A stretch of 64,000 bases of DNA, taken from positions 63,922,001 through 63,986,000 of the forward strand of contig NC_042998.1 of assembly GCF_006345805.1 (NCBI RefSeq). Direction: 5' to 3'. Made by a program: the position numbers and the translations under genes. Of the stretch, positions 35,886 through 47,120 are shown piece by piece. Source of the DNA: Octopus sinensis (taxonomy: Eukaryota). Positions within the stretch are counted from its first letter, which is position 1. Each line of letters opens with the position of its first letter. Under the pieces are notes generated by a model, which saw only the letters and a list, made by a program, of their open reading frames with translations, was not told the DNA's origin and ran no database searches.

Positions 35886-36427
35886 CTTACACGCAGAAGG
35901 AAGAGGTAAAAGAAGCAGACCGAAAATAAGTGGATATAAAAAAAATATATATATCAATGAGTCTGAATAATGTATTTCAATGTTGAAGATTTTGTTTAAT
36001 GTCCACGGAGGGTGTTGAATTACAGAATAATTAGTGCATCAGAGACAATGGTTTGGGGGTACTTCACTCGTTGTGTAAGTACAAATCTCTATGGCGGGCA
36101 ATTTTGCTTACATCCTTTTGGGTTCGCAAAATTGAATTACCATTCAAGTACTATAAGTAATTGACTAGCCGTTACTGCAACACTTCAAATTTTCTGGACA
36201 TGAGTTAACTGTTTTCCAGTTAAATGCATATTTGACAAACCAAGCGTGTTAAGATAAGTGCAACAAGAAATGCGATCCTTTAAAATGCACACAGACTGAC
36301 TTATCAAATCCAGTTCGAACGCAAACTTTGTTCTTGAAGTATTCAATTGTCCTTCAGTGGAGTCCTAACATAAAAACGAGGATACACTGGTAAAACTATT
36401 CTATAAATGACGCTTCTACTCTCATAC

Positions 36428-36536
36428 CTGCGCAAACACAAACACAAATATTTTACTTGCTTTATCTGATGGAGTAGGAATGTCTCGACTTGTGGGATTA
36501 ATGTCATTAATGTTCCACTAGAAACTTCAACACTTG
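36428..36536 (-). CDS. Candidate exon (109 nt, phase 1-2)
   Basis: Strong acceptor ttttctccctacttatatctttacag and donor cag|gtatga; open frame xSVEVSSGTLMTLIPQVETFLLHQIKQVKYLCLCLR. Confidence 0.3.
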
Positions 36537-37339
36537 CTGTAAAGATATAAGTAGGGAGAAAATTCAAAAATGCTGCTACCTTACTATGGAAAGACTGGTG
36601 CGATGCATGCTACTCATGTGAATAGAGGAGGTGGAAGGGGGAATAAGAAGTGGGAAAAACGCGAGCCCAGGATAGTTGAGGCAAAAGTAATCATAGAAGC
36701 TGCTTAAATGCAAATGAAACCATACAGATTTTTGATTAAGGCAAAACAACACAATTTTAGAGTGGAAGTATCAGCCGATTAAATCAGACATGGATTAAAT
36801 CGATAACGGAAAGACGGAAATCTTGTTGAAATTTGAAGTAAGAATGTAAAGAACACACACAAATGTTGCAAGGCAATTTTCCCGACATTCTACCGATCCA
36901 CCGCCATAATGAAACTAAGAATATTATATAGAGAAATGAATATACACTTCACATGAGAGAGAAAGGAATTGAACTCTGGCCATCCTGTATATGTAATGAG
37001 TCCCAGTATAATGCATACTAGACAGCCGTGATACGACAATGTCTCTAGACCGAATTGACGCTGATAAACGTACAGTCGTGAAATTAGAAAGCGCTGTCGC
37101 TATACGCTAGGAAGTGAATAAATTAATTTTCGCGTGTCTGTAGGATTGAAATGTTTGAAAGTAAATATTTTAGAGAAGGTGCACAAATGCAAATAAGAAA
37201 AGTCCATAAAATACTTTTGTAAAAAGTCATATAAAATATTCTTCAGACAGAATCAAAATAAACTTCTTGGACAGAACAACCTATATATATTGTACGGGCG
37301 TGATACCAGGGCACCAAACTCTACAATATGATATTATAG

Positions 37340-37380
<41 letters not shown>

Positions 37381-37382
<2 letters not shown>

Positions 37383-37408
37383 TCCAGGCAGTGACCTGAA
37401 TAATGATA

Positions 37409-37453
<45 letters not shown>

Positions 37454-37625
37454 TCCAAAATACCTTAGGAATGAGAGCCCAGGTTCGAAATTCCCCCAAG
37501 ATACTTGATGAAGGGTGGAGGGTATATAAGCCGAAACGTTGTGTTACCAATAAAAAAGATGAGAACAAATATCCATCAAACGTAAATAATGTACATAATT
37601 CGTCATTTCTTAAATACAGAGCTGT
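37381..37625 (+). mobile_element. SINE type D (end of tRNA head, (AAT)n, hammerhead-bearing tail)
   Basis: attccaggcagtgacctg-(aat)n-aaaataccttaggaatgag...gatgaaggg...gccgaaacgttgtgtt...aaataatgtacataatt. Confidence 0.85.
37499..37545 (+). ncRNA. Degenerate minimal hammerhead motif in SINE D
   Basis: agatac TTGATGA a gggtg gagggtatat aagcc GAAAC GTT gtgtt. Confidence 0.6.
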
Positions 37626-37898
37626 ATAATCACTGCATTGCAACAAATGCAAATGCCAAAGATAAATAAATACCTAATGACAAAAACAGATTTATTGAGG
37701 CGTCCCTTACAATTTATTAGTGTACAAGAGCAGGGTTCGTACAGGAATTGCGATTGCTAGATCGTGTGATTGTTAGGTCTTATTGTTGGTGCATTTTCGA
37801 ATCAAATCAACCGTTAGTGTACATATTATATGTACATATAATCACTAGAATCCAAGCCATGTAAATAAAATGTTTTAAATTCATAGTCGATATAGTAG

Positions 37899-37940
<42 letters not shown>

Positions 37941-38157
37941 TATATATATATATATTTAAATAACACATGTTTTAAGTTCATAGTCGATATAGTAGTACAT
38001 TAATGACATATATATATATATATATATATTTCATGGAAAATCAATGAAGACTAGTTTTGTTCCTGTAAATTTAAATTAATTAGTCGCATAGAGCTTCAAA
38101 TAATGATTGCAGCAGAATCGTGATATCTGTATATCAAGGAATAATACTTACATTTTA

Positions 38158-38224
38158 GAGGCCTTATACAATACATCTATCATTAACAATTAGAGTAGTC
38201 AACGAAATGTATATGCTATTTCCT
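38158..38224 (+). CDS. Candidate short exon (67 nt, phase 0-1)
   Basis: cttacattttag acceptor and gtaagt donor; only open frame is RPYTIHLSLTIRVVNEMYMLFP. Confidence 0.15.
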
Positions 38225-38894
38225 CGTAAGTAATTAATTAAATGAAACAAGTGTCACAACACAAATGAAATAAAGCTAAAATACATTTATGAATTCCGTG
38301 TCAGATCTAAAGCGTGATTGCATCAATGAAACTGTAATTTCGTCTAGACTCCAAATTGAATAAATCCGGTAACTAAATGGGAATTTCAGAGAAGACAATG
38401 AAGAATAAGTAAGTTTTTTGTTTAAATTTACATTTATTCATTCCCTATATTAAAATTTTTGGCATGTAAATTTTAGACGCACGATCACGACATCTTCACA
38501 CATACAAACTCACACACATATACTCACCCCCACACACACATATGGTTAGCTATTCATGCAAAAGACCACCCAACCAGACGTATTTCAGGGTTGTTGCAAA
38601 TGTGTATGTGACTTTATAGATTAAGCTGGACTAAATCTGAATATTATTTATCAGGCAATAAGAGTTTAATTTGAAGAACATTCTGTAGCTATATGTATAT
38701 GAAACACTCACACACATATATCCATAGATAGATAGATAGATAGATAGATATATAGACATACAGATAGATAGATAAATAGCTAGCTAGCTAGATAGATTGT
38801 TAGATAAATAGATATACACATACATAATGTTTTGATTAAACTTTTATTGCCTGAACGAAAATGTTCAGATTTACTTCAGCCACATACACATGCT

Positions 38895-38902
38895 TATATA
38901 TA

Positions 38903-38996
<94 letters not shown>

Positions 38997-39018
38997 GAAT
39001 GTATGTATGTGTGTGTGT
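38895..39018. repeat. (TA)n microsatellite
   Basis: Direct reading. Confidence 0.95.
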
Positions 39019-39345
39019 GGTTCTCATTCATAAGGTTGTTTCGATGTTGTTGTTATTATTATTATTATTAGTAGTAGTAGTAGTAGGAGTATTTTTTTTC
39101 AGATCACTGCCTGGAATCAAACTCGTAATCTTGGTGTTAGTAGCCCGTGGTCTTAACCTCTACGCCACATGCCCTAAGGTATTTTTCGCATTTTTGGAAA
39201 AATACCTTAGGAATGAGAAGCAAGGTTCAAAATTTCCCAAGACACCTAATGAAGGTTGGTGGGTATATCAGCCGAAATGTTGTGTTTACAACCAACAAGA
39301 TGAGGACAAATATAAATAATATAAATAATGTAGATAATATACCTT
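39019..39345. mobile_element. SINE type D, inverted composite (minus copy with tRNA head, then plus tail)
   Basis: Minus head 39105-39174; hairpin junction cctaaggtatttttcg...ggaaaaataccttagg (39173-39211); plus tail to ~39345. Confidence 0.85.
39241..39286 (+). ncRNA. Degenerate minimal hammerhead motif in SINE D
   Basis: gacac CTAATGA a ggttg gtgggtatat cagcc GAAAT GTT gtgtt. Confidence 0.6.
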
Positions 39346-39426
39346 AAAATATGATTTATTGGGAGTTGAAATCTTCCACAGTCTCCCTACTCAATTCTTT
39401 ATCATTATACGATATATAGAGCGTTT

Positions 39427-39640
39427 AAGGCGGTGAGCTGGCAGAAACCTTAGCCCGCTGGGCCAAATGCTTAGCGGTATTTCATCTGTCTCTTTGTTCT
39501 GAGCTCAAATTCAGCCGAGGTCGACTTTGCCTTTCATCCTTTTGGTTTCTTTAAATTAAATACCAGTCGCGTACCGGGGTCGATGAAATCGAGTGTCCCC
39601 TCCCCACCAAATTCGGTCCTTGTTCCTAGAGTAGAAGAGA
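39427..39640 (+). mobile_element. SINE type B, tail 2
   Basis: aaggcggtgagctggcagaaac...cctagagtagaaga. Confidence 0.88.
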
Positions 39641-41149
39641 TATATAGAGCGTCTACTTTGAGAGGAATTCATTGTAATCATTTAAATGCTTCAATCATCA
39701 AAACGTTATGGGATGATTTTAGAATTTGAATGTAGCTTTGAATATAAGGGAAGCCCGATATTGTATCGTATGAATTATCCTACTCAATAATAGCTATATA
39801 AATGCATTATGGATATATAAAAAAAAACAGTGAAAAGTAGAAAATAGGAAAAAATACGGGAGACTCGTGCGAGAAGTAGAAGAAAGGTAAAAAAAAGAAG
39901 ACAGCCAGGGAAAATTCGCTCGTGAATCAGTTCATATGCTCGATACACAAATATGTGTGTGTTTGTGTGTGTGTCGTCTCTTTCTCTCTTTCTCTCTGTT
40001 TCACTCTCTGTGTCTCACTCTCTCTCTATGCACACACACGCTCTCACACACACATATTGTCGTGTATATTTTGCTGGAGGCTACAATCATTGATAATTTC
40101 ATATCTCGTTTACCTTGCGTGTTATTATTTAGAATACATTTATTCGGTTTATAAATCCTTTCCATCACAGTTATTCAGCAGATATCAATACGTCTTGTAT
40201 GTGAATTCGTTAACTTGAATATTTCAATATCTTCTCAACTAGATTCCGCAGACGGAAACTAATAGAAACCTGTCTCTGTGACCTGAAGTTGTATTCTGCT
40301 TTATATAACAATAAGGCCCTTGGGCGCCTTGAAAGGCGTACACCTTGCCGTGAGCCCTCTGGGAAGTAATCTGATCTGAAAATAAGATTCTGCATTCATT
40401 TCTCATGTTTCAGAGACACTGAGAATTCCCGTGGTCAATACTGAACTTTTCTGACACGGTAATGTAAAAAAAAAAAAAAAAAAAATTCGCAATCGATATT
40501 AAAATGTGTTTGAAATAGCTTCATTTTATAACGAAACGAGGTCATGTTGTGCTTTTAGACGATAATCTTATAACTGCAAGACTTTACATTAATAATGTTA
40601 ATTCTTCGAGAAATCAATGTATTTTCTAGTTTTTGGGAAAGTGTTTTCAACGAATTTGCTTTCAAATATTCGTGAGTTTATCTTATTTGATATTATATTG
40701 TTGTCTTTAGGATGCATTGCCTAGTCACGCTTAACTTTCCATACCGCATTGTCCATAAAATAGTCAATCCTTTACCACTCACAACAATACTAGACTTACT
40801 TTCATTTAAAATTCTACAATAATTGTAAAAATAAAATAAGATTAGTGCCAAATAAGTCACGATAAAATATGTACACAGCATTATCTACAAGCATTCTCAA
40901 TTGAAAAAAAAAAGCGGGCGGATAACATTCTGCGAGCTGCTGGGTTGAATATCAAGGCATATATTTTAAAGTCTTTGCCATGAAAACAACTCGAAAAGAT
41001 TTTTTTTTTAATAAAAGCATGGATCATGGTTAGGCATGAAGAAGGTGTATTAGTCTGCAGAAGTAGATTAAATATTTATTCTTGACAATATATTCGAAGG
41101 ATAAAAAGAGTTGAAGATTGAATCTTTCACACAAGTTTCCATATACTCA

Positions 41150-41167
41150 ATTACATACAGGTAAGCA

Positions 41168-41201
<34 letters not shown>

Positions 41202-41470
41202 CATACATACATACATACAGATAGATATACGTGTATGTATGTATATATATATATATATATATGCTCTTATCCATCCATCTATTTATATGTGTGGGGGTAT
41301 GTGTGCATGTGTGTGTTTGTATATTTATATACACACATTTACATATGTATGTTTATGTTTATATGCATAAACACACGCAGATATGTATGCATTTACATGT
41401 GTGTGTGTGTGTTTGTGTATGCTTGTAGGTGATTATTTACACTCATACACACATACATTTACACACGTAC
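41150..41470. repeat. (CATA)n/(TA)n/(TG)n low-complexity tract
   Basis: Direct reading. Confidence 0.9.
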
Positions 41471-42099
41471 ATTCACTCATATTATTATTATTTTGTTATA
41501 TGTATTTACGTAGTTTTTCGTCGCACATGTCTCTTGTCCTCTATCTTCTAATTCTTTACCCTTCTAAGGTTTATAATCTGAGAAATATTAACAATCACAG
41601 GCACTAATAGATGTGCCATGGAAATGGATCCCTTTAGTTTTCACACGCTTACAATCTATGCTGATTCTCATAAAAGTGCTTCATTTCTACACTTAGTAAT
41701 ACAACATATTAAATTTTAAATCATAGCACTTAAATACTAGGAAATATATAACAGAAAGTTAAAAAAAGGAAAAAAAAAAAACTACTGTGGGGTGAAGCAG
41801 CAGAAGTTGAGTTATGTAGCGAGCAATGGCCACACACTCGGAATAAATGGATTCTAGTCTACAAGACTGACGAGTGATGTTCCATGATTAATTTCCCTTT
41901 TCCGTTAATCATTTCAAAATCACGCCTAAATTTTCAACTTGATTTTGAACCACCTATAATCCTATTATTATTGCCCCTATATAGATTTCTTACTCTCTCA
42001 TTGTGACAACTTCATATTTCTCTCCCTAAATTCTTTCTTGCTTTCTATCCCCCCCCCCTTCTTGTTCTCGGTGCCGCTTGTGTATTTCTTTACACTCCT

Positions 42100-42278
42100 T
42101 TAGCGATATTTCATCTGCCGCTACGTTCCGAGTTCAAATTCCGCTGAGGTCGACTTTTCCTTTCATCCTTTCAGGGCCGATAAGTTACGCACTGGGGTCG
42201 ATATAATAGACTTAATCCCTTTGTCTGCCCTTGTTTATCCCCTCTATGGTTAGTCCCTTGTGGGTAATAAAGAAATAT
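42100..42278 (+). mobile_element. SINE type B, headless, tail 1
   Basis: Core and gggtaataaagaaata end. Confidence 0.85.
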
Positions 42279-42709
42279 AAATAATTCTTCATTCTTTCTT
42301 TCCCTTTCTTACGATTTCTCTACACTGCTGCGGCTAATACTGTTAGCTTCGAGTCCATTTTGAAATTTCTTTCTTCCTTTTCTTTATAAATATCTGATGT
42401 GGCTAAAAGTATTAAGATACAAACGCGACCTCAGTCAACACTGAATTAGTATATAGAACATTTGAAATGTTTCCTTATTGTTAAAAATTGAATTGAAGTT
42501 TGAACAATGAAAATAAACTATTTGACAGAAGAAATTTCGATTTGCATAAATTTCATTACAGTTTCTTTTTTCTATATAGTCTAAGAAAACTTACATTTCC
42601 TGAATCGATACACGTTACTCACACAAACATGCGCACCAGAGTGTATATATGTACGTATGTGGGACATAATACGCGCGCGCACACACTCACATACAAACAC
42701 ACACATATG

Positions 42710-43190
42710 TAATGGGTGATACCATAAATAATTCGGTTTTTTCAATGGCATGAAGTAAAAGTCGGAGCATCAACAGACTATAAAACCAGGTAGAAATTTT
42801 ACCATGTGTATATTCTTAGTGCAAGTTTTGAAAAATGCAGTGCGAATTTAACAGTTTTTTAAAAAAAATTATAGTGGAAGTGACAAAGGAGAATATGCGG
42901 TGTATTTTGCTGTATGGGTTCAATAAAGGCAACAACGCAACGTAAAGTGCGATGAATATTAATGCAGTATATGCGGATAGGACAATAAACATAAGCCAAT
43001 GTCAACGGTGATTCCAGAACTTTGGAACCGGAAACTACAGTATAGACGACGAGCTTCGTCCTGGAAGCCCTGTAGAGCTCGACGAGACCGTCCTGCAAAA
43101 TCTGGTTGAACAAAATCTCATCGTAACTGTTGGTGAACTAGTAGGGAAGCTTAGATTTGGTCATTAACTCATACATCGACACCTGGGTTA
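42710..43190 (+). mobile_element. Mariner 5' fragment (left TIR and transposase N-terminus pseudogene)
   Basis: TAatgggtgataccataaataattcggtttt; frame from 42874 reads EVTKENMRCILLYGFNKGNNAT*SAMNINAVY..QCQR*FQNFGTGNYSIDDELRPGSP..LVEQN..TVGEL. Confidence 0.85.
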
Positions 43191-43393
43191 TTTATAAAAA
43201 TGTCAAGCGCCAAAACAGTAGGCAATGAAATGAGAAGAAACCGGTACTGCAGGTAAAGGAGTTCTTCAGACATGTAAGGATTTGTTGCCGTTTGATGAAT
43301 TCAATGATGAATTTGAAATCACCGCTGATATGACTACATCTCGCTTGTCGTTGAGAGGAGCCTGTCTCCCGTGGCAGCGATTACAAAATGTGT

Positions 43394-43444
<51 letters not shown>

Positions 43445-43448
<4 letters not shown>

Positions 43449-43804
43449 CTCTTTTACTTGTTTCAGTCATTTGACTGCGGCCATGCTGGAGCACCACCTT
43501 TTAGTACTTATTCTATCGGTCTCTTTTTGCCGAACCGCTAAGTGACGGGGACCTAAATACACCAGCATCGGTTGTCAAGCAATGCTAGGGGGACAAACAC
43601 AGACACAAAAACACACGCATACATATATATATACATATATACGACAGGCTTCTTTCAGTTTCCGTCTACCAAATCCACTCACAAGGCATTGGTCGGCCCG
43701 GGGCTATAGCAGAAGACACTTGCCCAAGATGCCACGCAGTGGGACTGAACCCGCAACCGTGTGGTTGGTTAGCAAGCTACTTACCACACAGCCACTCCTG
43801 CGCC

Positions 43805-43805
<1 letters not shown>
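43445..43805 (-). mobile_element. SINE type A, near full length, low divergence
   Basis: Head aggcgcaggagtggctgtgtggtaagtagc...; tail ggtggtgctccagcatggccgcagtcaaatgactgaaac. Confidence 0.93.
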
Positions 43806-43835
<30 letters not shown>

Positions 43836-43940
43836 AAGAAGGGTAGTAATATTATTTACTCTCGATAAATTTATCACTCTCGATAAATTCATCCCCTTTT
43901 TGTGTTCCCAGCACTCGGCATCTTAATTTAGGAGCCCTTA

Positions 43941-43985
<45 letters not shown>

Positions 43986-44004
43986 CTCACCAGTGATATT
44001 TAGT

Positions 44005-44380
44005 GTCGGCTGGCTTGTTTTTATATGTACCAAATCCACTCACAAGTCCTCAATCGTTCCGGGGCTATAGTAGAATTCACTTGCCAAAGGTGCCACGCAA
44101 TAGGACCCTAACCGGGGCCATGTGGTTGGGAGGCACGTTTCTTAACATGCCTAATATTGTTCCTCATTTATTTTAGTCATTCGAATGTGGGTATGCAGAG
44201 GGAACCACCTTGAAGAGGTTTTGTTGAACGAATGGATCCTAACTTTTATTTTTTTAAACTTGGTATTTATTCCATCCGCCTCTTTTGCAAAACCGTTAAG
44301 TTACCTGTAAGTAAACTCACATTCATCGGTTGCCACATGGTGGGGTACAAACAGTTACAAAGACACATACAAGTGCATAC
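44005..44380 (-). mobile_element. Two adjacent diverged SINE type A halves (head 44005-44146, tail 44160-44375)
   Basis: Degenerate matches to the type A head and tail. Confidence 0.65.
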
Positions 44381-44399
44381 ATACATATATACATACATA

Positions 44400-44482
<83 letters not shown>

Positions 44483-44487
44483 TATAT

Positions 44488-44903
44488 GAGTATGTTACAA
44501 AAAGAAAATGGAAACTATACGTGGTAATGTAAGGGGGAAGTAGGAAATATAAACGAAAATGCACACTGGAAATCAAAAAGAGTAAAGGCTTTTTATGAAA
44601 AGTAACGAAAAATATATAAAATTAGATGAACTGAGGTAGGAACAAAAGTAATAAAAATCATTATTGTGAATTGTTAGATTCAAAAGCATAACCGGTATGC
44701 TTTTGAATGTCTTTAGCAATTCATAATGACATTTATTACTTTTATTCCTACCTCAGTTCATCTAATCTTATATATTTCTCGTTAATTTTCATTAAAAAAA
44801 ACTTTACTTGAATTGATTTACAATGTGCATTTTCGTTTATTTTTCTTACTTTCCCCTTACATTACCACGTGTAGTTTCTATTTTCTTTTTGTAGCATACT
44901 TTT
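44488..44903. repeat. ~415-bp palindromic foldback element flanked by (TA)n
   Basis: Centre ttcaaaagcata-accgg-tatgcttttgaa at ~44693; arms reverse-complementary (both translate to SMLQKEN.NYTW). Confidence 0.9.
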
Positions 44904-44951
44904 ATTATATATATATATATATACATACATAATAGCAATATATATAATATA

Positions 44952-45007
<56 letters not shown>

Positions 45008-45009
45008 TT

Positions 45010-45240
45010 AATCCAAACATGACCAAAGAGAAAGCAACATTGCGAGAACGTGGATCAAGTATAGTGTTATTGGACACTAAGGAAAGAAAGAAGGAAGATA
45101 CAACGTTTCGAGCGGAGCTCTTCGCCAGCAACAGAAATGTCCAAGGAAGGGACGAAGGAGAAAGAAAATCGCCATCGATACCCACGCGGTCACATATTGA
45201 AATGACCGGAACGGAATGGGTGAAGAAAATTTCTTTCAAA
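45010..45240. repeat. Penelope-type repeat fragment carrying a hammerhead-like motif
   Basis: Contains caacgtttcgagcggagctcttcgccag (see 45097-45134). Confidence 0.45.
45097..45134 (-). ncRNA. Degenerate minimal hammerhead motif
   Basis: Minus: CTGGCGA a GAGC tcc GCTC GAAAC GTT; core A6 is G and stem I is broken. Confidence 0.5.
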
Positions 45241-45259
45241 GACAGGAGAGTGCAAGAGA

Positions 45260-45515
45260 AGGAGGTATGTGTGTGTATGTCTGGGTATGTAGTGTGCGCA
45301 GGTCTGTGTGTGTGTGTGGTTGTGGATGTTTCTCTATGTATGTGGTTGGCCTTAGTATCGTTTAAGGTCATAAGAAGTATTTATAATAGGAGTCGCTCCT
45401 GTTGTGTGTCTACCTACACATGTGCGCAGGAGAATGGTTAGTGCAAGGAACTGGTAGTCTAAAGTATGTGTGTTCGTGTAAATATATGTAGTGTGTGTGT
45501 TTTGTTTGCTGTGTG

Positions 45516-45592
<77 letters not shown>

Positions 45593-46345
45593 ATGTGCGT
45601 GTGTGTGTGTGTGCTCGTGTGTGTATGTGTCTATACGTAGGGGTTGTATGTGTGGGAGTAACTGTACTTTACTTTCTGTATGCGTGCGTGTGTGCTTGTA
45701 TGTGAGTGTACATGTATGTAATTATCGTGTGCGTGTATGTATGAGTGTGTGCTCTGTGTGTAAGGGTGGTATGCGTGGGTTCATTTGTGTGTACGTGCGT
45801 ATGTATGTATGTATGTATGCATGTATGTGCGTGTTTATATACACGTGTGTGCGTGTGAGTGTATGTGTATTGGGTGTTGGAGGTATATATGGGAACCTGT
45901 GCTAGTGTGTTTGTGTGCGTATGTACGTGTGCGTGCGTATGTATGTGCGTGTTCGTATATGTACGTGTGTGCATGTGTGCATGTGTGTGAGCGTGGAGAT
46001 GTGTGTCGGGTTATGTGTGCATTTTGTTGCGTGTATGCGCGTGTGCTTGTGTATATGTGTATGTGGTTGTGTGTACGTTGATGTGTCTGTGATTGCGTGG
46101 GATTGTTTGGGATAGGTATCTGTGCATTCTTGTGTGTGTACGATTGTGCACGTGTGTGTGTACGCGCATATATATGTACGCGCGTGGATGTATGTGAGTG
46201 TGGGTGTATGTATGCGTGTGTGTATGTGTGTGGAAGTATGTGTGTGTATATGTGCATGTATGTGTGTCGTATGTGTGTGGTGTGTGGGGGAGGTATATGT
46301 GCGTTCGTGGATATGTATGTGTGTGTATGTGTGCGTGTATATAAA
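45260..46345. repeat. ~1.1-kb cryptically simple (TG/TA/CG) tract
   Basis: Direct reading; source of many H/T/Y and C/V/M ORFs. Confidence 0.9.
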
Positions 46346-46624
46346 AATAAAAACACTAATATATAAAAACAACAATTCATAAAAACAATAATAAAAGAAA
46401 AATATAAAAGCAATAAAATATAAAAATTAAGGGTGAAAGGAGATAAGGAAGTTAATGCAATATAAAAGACGCAATTACAAGTAAAAATGAAAAATGAGAA
46501 AAGAAATTAAGTTACTTGTTGCGGGAGGTGTAGAAGCAGTCAATAGGAGGATGGAGTTGTGCTTAGTCCGTGGGGGAAAGTTGTCTGTAAATTCACGATA
46601 TAGCGCTATAGATAGATAGATAGG

Positions 46625-46660
<36 letters not shown>

Positions 46661-46745
46661 AAGATAGATAGATAGATGAATAGATAGATACACACACACA
46701 CACACACACACAAAAACACATATATATATGTATGTGGATCAAAAG

Positions 46746-46930
46746 AGTTTGATTCAAATTCGTTGAGTTTCAAGCGTGATGCTAGCCATCAGCCATTTTG
46801 AATTTGAATGATAGAAACGGGATTTATAACAGTAAACTGGGCTGCGATTGCTTGAGAAAGGTCACGCGGCGTTATAGTTTGATTTAGGTATATTGGTAAC
46901 AGTTAGTACCAACGAATTTGAATCAAACTG
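46746..46930. mobile_element. Small MITE with 20-bp perfect TIRs
   Basis: agtttgattcaaattcgttg (46746-46765) versus caacgaatttgaatcaaact (46910-46929); a similar end at 19225-19250. Confidence 0.7.
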
Positions 46931-47002
46931 CTTTGCTCCATACACGTAACTCCCGTTAACTTGGTTAAATGCCCTTTTTGCGTTTGTCCACTCACTCGTA
47001 TA

Positions 47003-47076
<74 letters not shown>

Positions 47077-47120
47077 CATACATACATATATTTATATATA
47101 CAATGATCTTTTATTTAAAA

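Noticed and set aside
43855-43892. 17-bp tandem repeat actctcgataaatt(t/c)atc x2
   Set aside because: Two copies only; ordinary slippage duplication
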